From: Candidatus Shapirobacteria bacterium
GTDB taxonomy: Bacteria; Patescibacteriota; Microgenomatia; UBA12405
Length of the DNA stretch: 64,000 nt
Assembly (NCBI GenBank): GCA_030698565.1
Contig: JAUYJS010000005.1
Span: forward strand, 154,497 to 218,496
Direction of reading: 5' to 3'
Part shown: positions 10,182-18,481 of the stretch, in pieces
Layout of the letters: the number at the start of each line of letters is the position of its first letter
How positions within the stretch are numbered: the first letter of the stretch is position 1
Notes under the pieces: model-generated
Databases searched by the model: none
Seen by the model: the letters and a program-made list of their open reading frames with translations, nothing else
What the model was told of the DNA's origin: nothing
Translations under genes and position numbers: made by a program

Positions 10182-10772
10182 TTAATTAAATACCTTTGCC
10201 AAGATAAAATAAATTAAAATTACTGCACCAACACCAAAAACTATTTTTAGAGAAAAGAAATGTTTTATTCGATCAAATAGATTTGGGGAAGAGGTAGTAC
10301 CTAGTACCTCAGCACAATCAAACTTATAATTTAAGTCAAAATTAGTGGTTAAGTTTTGAAAATCGTTCCCAGTGTTTGAATTTAAACTAGCCGACCAGTC
10401 AATGGTTTCAGATTCATTAGGTTTGATGGTATTTAATGTAATATTTTTCTGAGTCAATATGTCACTCAATCGACCAGAAAATAAAATATTACTGGTTGAT
10501 AATATTTTCATCTCGATTGATTTGGATAATTTGTCGTTCCATCTTTTTCCTTTCACGATTTCTAAATTTAATTTGCATTGACTTGATTGAAGATTAATTA
10601 TCTTTAAATGACTAGTAACCTTAAATCCTGGATAAATATTATCTTGAGAAAATAAGGGTAGATTTGAAGGACTCGAACACTCACCTTCTGATTGGCAAAT
10701 TATATTTATATCGTTAGCATAAGCAAACGGAGTAAAAAGTAAAAATATAAATATAAAGATAATTAATTTCAT
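10182..10772 (-). CDS. secreted TasA-like-fold protein with C-terminal membrane anchor
   Basis: Sec signal (FAYA), LFSQDNIYPG...GNDFQNLT resembling the TasA/camelysin core and the 13168 protein; C-terminal TM. Confidence 0.6.
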   Translation of the reverse strand: MKLIIFIFIFLLFTPFAYANDINIICQSEGECSSPSNLPLFSQDNIYPGFKVTSHLKIINLQSSQCKLNLEIVKGKRWNDKLSKSIEMKILSTSNILFSGRLSDILTQKNITLNTIKPNESETIDWSASLNSNTGNDFQNLTTNFDLNYKFDCAEVLGTTSSPNLFDRIKHFFSLKIVFGVGAVILIYFILAKVFN

Positions 10773-13159
10773 AAATTAAAAATTTTACTGAGAACTTGGG
10801 TACTGCCAATGTCTAAAATCTGAGTTAAATTAACAACGGCGGTTTGACCTATGTCTAAGTCGGGGGTACAAGTTCCTCCCGTCGAACATGTGCCTAAAAA
10901 CAACTCTCTGTCTGTTTTGGAATTTTCGATACTTTGCTTTTTAATTTCACCATAAATTCCTTTTTCTAACCCGAGGCTTGAATAAATAATTTCATAAGTT
11001 AAGTGATCAACATTTGCCGGAATATTGGAAACCGTAAAAGTAATTTTTTTTGAAGACGAGTTGTAGTTGAGCTGAGTGTCGATCGAATTTTTGGTATAAC
11101 TCCAAGTACCAACTCCGTCGGGAGTTCTTTGCCAATCAGAATTGTCGTTATTATCAACATAAGTAGTCGAATCAATAATATTATTTTCTTTTATTAACGA
11201 AATTGTGTCATGATCAGAATCAAAGAGAAAATCAAATTCGGATAGACTAAATAAATAAGCACTGGTTGGACCAACATTAATATTGGTTAAGGTTTGTGTT
11301 TGGCCAGATATATTTTTTATAAAATAGTCGTCAAGAAAAAAATCATTAGAGGTATTGTTGAATAGTTCTATCCCTGGTGAATTAAAAAATATATGGTTTA
11401 AAACAACTTCCGGTTGAACTATTATTTCAATTTGATTATTTTTCTCTTCATTGCCAGCCAAATCGGTAGAGTTAAAATTTAACAGGTTATCCCCAATTAT
11501 TAAATCTGGAATGATGGATGTATCAAATACTCCACTACCTAAATCTTGGGCAATTAGTTGGATGGTAGAAGTTTCTCCAATACGTAAATCAGTGGTCGAT
11601 ATTTTTATATCATCTATGTCGGTCCAAGCGTATCCAGAAGAACCGACATTGTTAACTCCAAAAAATAATTTTAATGGTTGGTCGTAATAGTAATTTGATA
11701 GTGGTTTACTAATGGAGCACCAACCTGAGTCGACTGGGTCACTAAAACTTCGGCCAAAATTAATTATATTTTCTAATAACTGATCATTTTGACCTAAAAT
11801 TTGAACATTAAAATTACTAAAATCATAAGTGTCGCTATTAAAAGATCTAAATGAGAAAGAGACTGTGGGGCGAAGGTTTTGGGGTAAGGAAAAGATTTGA
11901 TAGATTCCGTCTTGGACAGGTTGATCGGTGGTTGGTTCTTTAAAACCCAAAGAAAACATTTCTGAGCCAGTAGTGGGTAAAACCGTTTCTCCTACCCCTG
12001 AATCTGATGAAATTACATGGTGGTCTCCGACTGAACTTGATATGTTCCAACCCAATAACCCTGATTCAAAACTACCATTTTCTAATAAATTTTGACCGGA
12101 CCAGTTCTTAATTGAAAAAGAGGTAGAGTCGATAAAGGTAGTAGGTGGTTTGGTGTCTATTTGAACTAAATATTTTTTTCCTTCAGAGTCAATATCCGTT
12201 TCGTGTCTACCGTCTAGGGTGTGGGCAACTGTATAAAAAGTATATAAACCGTCTTCGTCGGCATTAAAATTAAAACTACCACTTTTATTTCTAAAATCTA
12301 GATTGTCTGGACAAATAAAATTTGAATCCAGATTTATAGAATAACAAAGTTGAACATAGTCCAAATTTGCCACAGAATTTAATGTGTAACCGATATTGAG
12401 ATTGTTTGTATTTACAACCGAATCTTCATTAGTAATTGAAGAAAAAACAGAAACCCAAAAACCAGTTGAAAAAGAGTTGTTTTCTATTGATGAGGTATTA
12501 GAAAAAAATGATTCGGTGTTCGGTATTTGACCAAAAGTAAATGATAAAAAAGGTATAAATATAATTAAAAGATTCAAACTACTTTTCTTGGGTTTATTTT
12601 TTTTCTTTATTTTGTATTTTTTAATTACCTCTTCTTCAATTGCTTTTTTTAATTGAAATAATTGGTTGATAAAAACATAAATTGTAGGTAATAAAATCAA
12701 AAACATAAATCCTTTTGGGGTACGCACCCAGAGAGATAAATAACCCAAAAAAGGAAAGTCAAAAATTACCTTGCCCTTAATTTGTTCGATTTTAATTGGC
12801 TCTAAATCTGGGGAACTGTTGGCGTCGCCTTTGGTTCTGAAAACCATATTTGATTCGTTTTTATCGACACTAATTACTCGATGGGTAATTAGTAGGTCTG
12901 GTTGGGTAATTGAGCTAAAAGTAACAACATCTCCCTCTTGTGTATTTTCTGTTTTATCGGCCGAAACAAATATTAATGATCCAGTTTTTATGGTTGGTTC
13001 CATAGAACCAGACATGACACGAAAAATGTAAAACTTCTTTGTGGGAGTGAAAGTAGTTAATATTATTATTAACAATGCCGATATTAAAACTAAATTTAAA
13101 ATAAAGTTAATGGTTCGTAAACTTATTTGAACAAAGTGCCTAAAAATTTTTATTATCAC
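10769..13159 (-). CDS. sipW: SipW-type signal peptidase I fused to a large secreted region with an internal SipW-class signal (CBM-like and lamin-tail-like segments)
   Basis: VMSGSMEP, ITHRV, TKGDAN..D S26B motifs; then basic stretch + TM + TESFFSNTSSIENNSFSTGFW; NLLENGSFE; IELFN; WQRTPDG. Confidence 0.85.
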   Translation of the reverse strand: MIIKIFRHFVQISLRTINFILNLVLISALLIIILTTFTPTKKFYIFRVMSGSMEPTIKTGSLIFVSADKTENTQEGDVVTFSSITQPDLLITHRVISVDKNESNMVFRTKGDANSSPDLEPIKIEQIKGKVIFDFPFLGYLSLWVRTPKGFMFLILLPTIYVFINQLFQLKKAIEEEVIKKYKIKKKNKPKKSSLNLLIIFIPFLSFTFGQIPNTESFFSNTSSIENNSFSTGFWVSVFSSITNEDSVVNTNNLNIGYTLNSVANLDYVQLCYSINLDSNFICPDNLDFRNKSGSFNFNADEDGLYTFYTVAHTLDGRHETDIDSEGKKYLVQIDTKPPTTFIDSTSFSIKNWSGQNLLENGSFESGLLGWNISSSVGDHHVISSDSGVGETVLPTTGSEMFSLGFKEPTTDQPVQDGIYQIFSLPQNLRPTVSFSFRSFNSDTYDFSNFNVQILGQNDQLLENIINFGRSFSDPVDSGWCSISKPLSNYYYDQPLKLFFGVNNVGSSGYAWTDIDDIKISTTDLRIGETSTIQLIAQDLGSGVFDTSIIPDLIIGDNLLNFNSTDLAGNEEKNNQIEIIVQPEVVLNHIFFNSPGIELFNNTSNDFFLDDYFIKNISGQTQTLTNINVGPTSAYLFSLSEFDFLFDSDHDTISLIKENNIIDSTTYVDNNDNSDWQRTPDGVGTWSYTKNSIDTQLNYNSSSKKITFTVSNIPANVDHLTYEIIYSSLGLEKGIYGEIKKQSIENSKTDRELFLGTCSTGGTCTPDLDIGQTAVVNLTQILDIGSTQVLSKIFNL

Positions 13160-13167
13160 GAATGTTA

Positions 13168-13737
13168 TTAAAACGTCATTGTTGGGTCGCCGTCTAGCTG
13201 AACACCAGCCCCTGATTGGACTGTGTGAAATATTAAATTTGAACTGTCGATTTTTCCTTGAAGATCATTGTTGACTGATGATTTTAGAAGAGCGTCAATT
13301 CGATAATTTTTAGTTGTTCCTGGGTCAACTTGAGCCATGAGTTCCGACCAATTTGTTAGGAAAAACTTATAATCCTGCCAATCTATTATTGTTTCGTTCG
13401 AATCCTTATCGAAAACTGATAGCTCTAAATAGCTTTCGTCTAATTCTGAATTATAAAATGGACTATTTATTAAAAATTGATTAGATATTCCAAAATATAA
13501 ATCGGCATTTATAGTACCATCATATTTAATTGATATGTCTTGTGATTGTGGTTCACCGGGAAGTAGGTTTTCAAAATTTATAGGTGAAGTTAAAGATGAA
13601 TCAAGCTTGACACTCCCTGTTGTGAAAGTATTGCCGGAAATTATTTTAGTATCACTAAAATAAGCGATAACTGCCCCGGTGGTACCAATTAAAAGGAGTA
13701 TTAAAACAAGAAAACTGACAAATATTTTTTTATTCAT
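13168..13737 (-). CDS. TasA/camelysin family protein with SipW-cognate signal peptide
   Basis: Signal followed by AYFSDTKIISGNTFTTGSVKL; NLLPG, NDLQG motifs. Confidence 0.85.
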   Translation of the reverse strand: MNKKIFVSFLVLILLLIGTTGAVIAYFSDTKIISGNTFTTGSVKLDSSLTSPINFENLLPGEPQSQDISIKYDGTINADLYFGISNQFLINSPFYNSELDESYLELSVFDKDSNETIIDWQDYKFFLTNWSELMAQVDPGTTKNYRIDALLKSSVNNDLQGKIDSSNLIFHTVQSGAGVQLDGDPTMTF

Positions 13738-13774
13738 AATGTAATATAAATTACATTATATATATGAAAAAAAG

Positions 13775-14131
13775 TCAATGGGTCAGTTTTATAATTTCTC
13801 GAATTATCAAGCTACCTATCAATATTCCCACTAAATCAATAAAGGTGTCGCTTATTTTACCTTCCCTTCCAGGAACAAATTGTTGATGAAATTCATCTGA
13901 GAGTGAGTAAATATAAGCAATCAAAATTGAATATTGATATTTTTTAAAGGCTGAATATAAAAAAATACCCAATATGGCATATTCAATTAAATGCAAACTC
14001 TTGAAAAATAAAAGACTTTGGACTTGGCCGTTAATAATACCCGTGGTAGAACGGGAAGAGAAATAAAATATTACAGCCATCCATAAAACTGAAGGTAAAA
14101 ATCGGATTAAATTTTTAAAATTTAATTTCAT
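13775..14131 (-). CDS. VanZ family membrane protein
   Basis: WMAVIFYFSS, HLIEY, SDEFHQQFVPGR, D..ID. Confidence 0.9.
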   Translation of the reverse strand: MKLNFKNLIRFLPSVLWMAVIFYFSSRSTTGIINGQVQSLLFFKSLHLIEYAILGIFLYSAFKKYQYSILIAYIYSLSDEFHQQFVPGREGKISDTFIDLVGILIGSLIIREIIKLTH

Positions 14132-14997
14132 GTGTCAGATTTTTTTAGAAATAACGGTATTAAAAGTAGAATACCACCCGAAATTATAAAAATCATTGGT
14201 AAGTAATTTGATTTCTTTTCGTTTTGATTTTTTATTATATTTACTGGGGTTGGGCTAATTTCAGAAACAACGGTCTCACCTAAAACATATTCGCTTGTTG
14301 GAGTAATCAAATCAGAACTCGAAGTTGCCTCTGGACTTGTTGGTGTTGGTGACGGTGATATTGGACTTAGGGTTGGTGTGGGTGTTTTTGTTGGTGTGAA
14401 TGTTGGTGACGGAACATTAGTTGGTTGTGGAGTATTAGTGGGAGTATTGGTGGGTGTGGGTGAAGGAGGCGGATTGGAAATATTTAAATAAACAGAATTA
14501 CTTAAAATAGCATTACCAGAACTGGTGTATTTGGCTGATTCAATTATTTTGCAAGTTATTTTGCAACTGCCATTAGCAGATGAGAACTTAACTCGAATAG
14601 TGATATTTTGACTAATGTTTCCAGAAGAATCTGTTGAAAATTTTGGCATATTTTGCCAACTGCCGTTATACCCATTAAGCCAATTAGAATCATTTTGTAC
14701 CTCGACGGAATAATTATCACTACCAACTCCTCCGTAACATTTAAAATAATAGTCGGTATCGTTTTTCCCATGAGAAAAAATAAAATTTAATAAAAAAGAC
14801 TGCTCCTTAAATTCATCGCTCGAGTTTAAGCTTACTACCAAGGAAACAGCTGTGCTGCCAATTGTCGGCGTTGGAGCGATTGTAATTGTGGGTGTATTTG
14901 TAGAAGTTGGAGTCAATGTTGGAATATCAGTCACAGTTTGACCAAATATTGGAACAGGAAATATTATTCGTAATAAATATAACAATAAAACAAACAC
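14128..14997 (-). CDS. Pro/Thr-rich surface protein with C-terminal TM
   Basis: PT repeats flanking a beta-rich domain; hydrophobic C-terminus + KK. Confidence 0.75.
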   Translation of the reverse strand: MFVLLLYLLRIIFPVPIFGQTVTDIPTLTPTSTNTPTITIAPTPTIGSTAVSLVVSLNSSDEFKEQSFLLNFIFSHGKNDTDYYFKCYGGVGSDNYSVEVQNDSNWLNGYNGSWQNMPKFSTDSSGNISQNITIRVKFSSANGSCKITCKIIESAKYTSSGNAILSNSVYLNISNPPPSPTPTNTPTNTPQPTNVPSPTFTPTKTPTPTLSPISPSPTPTSPEATSSSDLITPTSEYVLGETVVSEISPTPVNIIKNQNEKKSNYLPMIFIISGGILLLIPLFLKKSDT

Positions 14998-15000
14998 AAA

Positions 15001-16443
15001 CTAGTTTAGCAAATCGATGGCGAGATTTATTTTTCTCAATGTGGCCTCTTTGCCAATGATCGGTAGACAGTCAACGACTGGTGGGGTCGAAACTGAACCG
15101 CAAATTGCCACTCTAAAAACCATAAAGAATTGCCCAGTGTTCCAGTTATTTGATTTAATTTGGTCTAACAAATTAGTTTGTAGAGTTAAAAAGTCAAAAG
15201 TTTTTAAGTTTAAAATTAATTCTTTTGTTTTATTTAACATATCATGGGCTAATTCGGGAGTAATATTTTTTTGAAGCAATAAGGTTTTATCGTAGCTTAC
15301 ATCTTCAAATAAAAATTTAGTTAAATTGGCAGCGTCCTTGAGAGTCGTGATTCTTTCCTTTATTAGGGGAATAATTTGCATTAAAATTTCAAAACTGACT
15401 TCCGGAATAAATGGCTTAAGAAGTTCGACGAGTTCACTGTCTGTTTTTTGACGAATGTAGACACCATTTATATAATCTAACTTTTTACGATCAAAAGCAG
15501 GGGCCTTTTTATTTAATTTTTCAATACTAAATTGTTTGACAAAATCGCTTAAGGTAAATATTTCTTGTTCAGTTCCCGGATTCCAACCCAAAAGCATGAG
15601 AAAATTTAAAACAGCTTCGGGTAAATAGCCGTTTTCCAGAAAAATTCGGGCGTGTACGGATCCGTGCCTTTTACTCATCTTGCCTTTGTGGTCTGGGTCA
15701 AGTAATACAGTAAGATGGGCTGTTTTTGGCATGTCCCAACCGAAATATTTGTACAAAAGTACGTGTTTTGGGGTTGATGAAAGCCATTCTTCAGCCCTTA
15801 AAACATGGGTAATATTCATTAACTGATCGTCAACCACAACAGCGAAATGATAAGTTGGGATGCCATTTGATTTAATTAAAACTTGATCATCAATGTCGTT
15901 GGTATTGAATTTTATTTTTCCCCGAATCAAATCTTCAAAAACAACTGTTTCATTTTTGGGAATTACCATCCGAATAGTGTATGAAACTTTAGAGTCTAGA
16001 TTTTTTTGAATTTCTTCTTTGGATAAATGTAGACAGTGCTGGTCGTATTTGGGTAATTTTTTTTGAGATCTTTGCTCTTCACGCAAATTATTCAGACGCT
16101 CTTGGGTACAAAAACAATAATAAGCTAGACCTTTGTTTAATAATATTTGGATGTATTTTTTATAAATATCTAGGCGTTCTGTTTGAATATAAGGACCGTA
16201 GGATCCGCCAATATCGGGGCCTTCGTCCCAAGATAGATTGTAATCTTTGATTACCTGCATGATTCTTTCCTGTGATCCTGGGATAAAACGCTTTTGGTCG
16301 GTGTCTTCAATCCTTAAAATAAATTGACCTTTATATTTTCTGGCTAAGGCATAGTCATAAAGTAGGGTTCTAAGGCCACCAATGTGAAGTTCTCCCGTAG
16401 GGCTAGGAGCTATTCGCGTACGCACAAGAGTTGGATTATCCAT
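15001..16443 (-). CDS. gltX: glutamate--tRNA ligase
   Basis: RIAPSPTG.LHIG, LRIEDTD, KMSKR. Confidence 0.97.
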   Translation of the reverse strand: MDNPTLVRTRIAPSPTGELHIGGLRTLLYDYALARKYKGQFILRIEDTDQKRFIPGSQERIMQVIKDYNLSWDEGPDIGGSYGPYIQTERLDIYKKYIQILLNKGLAYYCFCTQERLNNLREEQRSQKKLPKYDQHCLHLSKEEIQKNLDSKVSYTIRMVIPKNETVVFEDLIRGKIKFNTNDIDDQVLIKSNGIPTYHFAVVVDDQLMNITHVLRAEEWLSSTPKHVLLYKYFGWDMPKTAHLTVLLDPDHKGKMSKRHGSVHARIFLENGYLPEAVLNFLMLLGWNPGTEQEIFTLSDFVKQFSIEKLNKKAPAFDRKKLDYINGVYIRQKTDSELVELLKPFIPEVSFEILMQIIPLIKERITTLKDAANLTKFLFEDVSYDKTLLLQKNITPELAHDMLNKTKELILNLKTFDFLTLQTNLLDQIKSNNWNTGQFFMVFRVAICGSVSTPPVVDCLPIIGKEATLRKINLAIDLLN

Positions 16444-16506
16444 GGCTTATTTTAGCATCATAAAAATTAAAATTTATTATGTTTGTTTTTTTATGTAAAA
16501 TAAGGT

Positions 16507-17550
16507 ATGTCTTCATTAACCCATACGGCCTACATGAGTAGAAAAATAATTAGTTTTGGTAGTGTGGGCTTAGTTGCTTTTCTAGTTCTTTGGTCAGTCT
16601 TAACAAGTGCAATAAAATCATATAATACTGCCTATCCTGCCGTTATACCACCAACTGTAAGATATGGCAGGTTACCTAAAATTGTTTTTCCAGAAAAGCA
16701 ATTTAATAAAAAGACTTTTAGTCTAGAACTACCCAACGATACTTTTCCTAAAATTAGTGAACAGGCAAAAGTATATGTGATTTACCGGCCAGATAGTCTA
16801 TTTTCTGCATTAGAAGATGATTCAAAAACTGCCGCTCAACTCGCTTTTAATAGTAAACCAATAGAAATGAGGGTTGGTTTGTATCAATTCCAAAACCCTG
16901 AATCTAGTAATACATTGATTATGAATGTTTTTGATGGCAGTTTCAAATTAGAGTACCCTTATTTAAACGATCAACTGCTTTTGACTCCAGAAAGGGTTCC
17001 AGATAAAAATGAAGCTATAGATATCGCTTCCGATTTTTTAGGATCAGGAGACAAACTTACAGATGATTTGGCTAATGGTGAAAAAAATGTAAGTTATTGG
17101 AAAATAGAAATGGGCGCTTTGAAACAAGCCAATTCCCAATCGGAGGCTCATATTGCTCGGGTGGATTTTTTCAGAAAAAATATTGATGATAACCTAAAAA
17201 TAGTAACTAATGAGCCCGAAAAAGCGGCAATATCGATATTGGTTAGTGGTTCTAGTGTTAGCGACAAAAGAATCGTTGAGGTTAATTATAAATATGCCAA
17301 CATCGACCGTGAGTCTTTTTCAACATATCCAATTAAATCTACAGAGTCTGCCTGGAAAGAGCTGCAAAGTGGTAATTATTGGCCAGTTTCTGACACTGAA
17401 ACTAGTTCTGTAGTAATACGAAGAATTTACTTGGCATATTTTGAACCAGTGACCTTAACAAATTACATGCAACCAGTCTTTGTGTTTGAAGGTGATAATA
17501 ATTTTATTGCCTATGTTCCGGCTGTGACTGATGATTATACTCAAAAATAA
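16507..17550 (+). CDS. hypothetical membrane-anchored extracytoplasmic protein
   Basis: 347-aa ORF, N-terminal TM, C-terminal YLAY...QPVFVFEG...YVPAV. Confidence 0.75.
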   Translation: MSSLTHTAYMSRKIISFGSVGLVAFLVLWSVLTSAIKSYNTAYPAVIPPTVRYGRLPKIVFPEKQFNKKTFSLELPNDTFPKISEQAKVYVIYRPDSLFSALEDDSKTAAQLAFNSKPIEMRVGLYQFQNPESSNTLIMNVFDGSFKLEYPYLNDQLLLTPERVPDKNEAIDIASDFLGSGDKLTDDLANGEKNVSYWKIEMGALKQANSQSEAHIARVDFFRKNIDDNLKIVTNEPEKAAISILVSGSSVSDKRIVEVNYKYANIDRESFSTYPIKSTESAWKELQSGNYWPVSDTETSSVVIRRIYLAYFEPVTLTNYMQPVFVFEGDNNFIAYVPAVTDDYTQK

Positions 17551-17555
17551 AGTGA

Positions 17556-18476
17556 TTAAGGGGAATATGGTTGCCAGACAATATTTTGTTTGGCCCAGTC
17601 AATAATTTTTCTAGTATCAGAAAAACGTTCGGGACTTTGAGCGACAACACTAATTAAATAGTGACCGTCAATATTGATTAAACTCACAAAGCAGCCTCCC
17701 GCTTCTGGCGTCCAACCGGTTTTGAGACCTTCTATTTCAGAGACAACGTCTAAAAGTTCATTAGTGGAATCCAGGATTCTGATTTCTTTGTTGTCCACAT
17801 CAGCAATAGTAATTTTTTTGCTTTTAACCGTACTTTTTATAATAGGATTTTTGATGGCTATTCTAGATAATTCCGCTAAATCATAAACGGTCGAATAGTG
17901 TTCGGAGTTGTGGATACCATCAAAGTTAATAAACTTGGTACCAATTAGACCGTATTTTTGGGTCATTGAATTCATTTGACTAATAAATCCAACAATTCCT
18001 TGGGGATGGTGCTCGGCTAAATTAAACGCAGCATCGTTGGCTGAATGAACCAAAAGTGCGGAAATTAAAGATCTGACTGTTATATTTTCTCCTACTTTTA
18101 GATCTATTATTTGACCTTCAGTATAAGTTTGTTTAACAGTAACCACTTCGTCTAATGGGTAAATATTTAAAGCTGTCAGAGCAGTAGCTAATTTGGTGAT
18201 TGATGCAGGATAAACCTTGTCGTGAGGATTTTTAGACAATAAAATTGTATTTGTATCGTTGTCGATCAATATATAATTTTGCGCCTGTATTTCAGGATTT
18301 TTGTCTGGTTTTACCACCGGAATTAGAGGGTGTTGGTATTGACCTAATTTTTCCTCACTACTACCTAAAACACTTGAATTTTGTGGGTAGATTAGCCAAA
18401 AACTAGATGATGGTAATAAAAATAAATTTAAAACCATCAAAAGGGCAATGATTAAAAAATCGAGTTTAAATTTCAT
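17556..18476 (-). CDS. D-alanyl-D-alanine carboxypeptidase (peptidase S11)
   Basis: PASITKL (SxxK), SANDAA (SxN), KTG motifs. Confidence 0.93.
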   Translation of the reverse strand: MKFKLDFLIIALLMVLNLFLLPSSSFWLIYPQNSSVLGSSEEKLGQYQHPLIPVVKPDKNPEIQAQNYILIDNDTNTILLSKNPHDKVYPASITKLATALTALNIYPLDEVVTVKQTYTEGQIIDLKVGENITVRSLISALLVHSANDAAFNLAEHHPQGIVGFISQMNSMTQKYGLIGTKFINFDGIHNSEHYSTVYDLAELSRIAIKNPIIKSTVKSKKITIADVDNKEIRILDSTNELLDVVSEIEGLKTGWTPEAGGCFVSLINIDGHYLISVVAQSPERFSDTRKIIDWAKQNIVWQPYSP

Positions 18477-18481
18477 CCTTT

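Noticed and set aside
14330-14475. Repetitive GTTGGT/GGTGT DNA
   Set aside because: Explained by the Pro/Thr-rich protein linker
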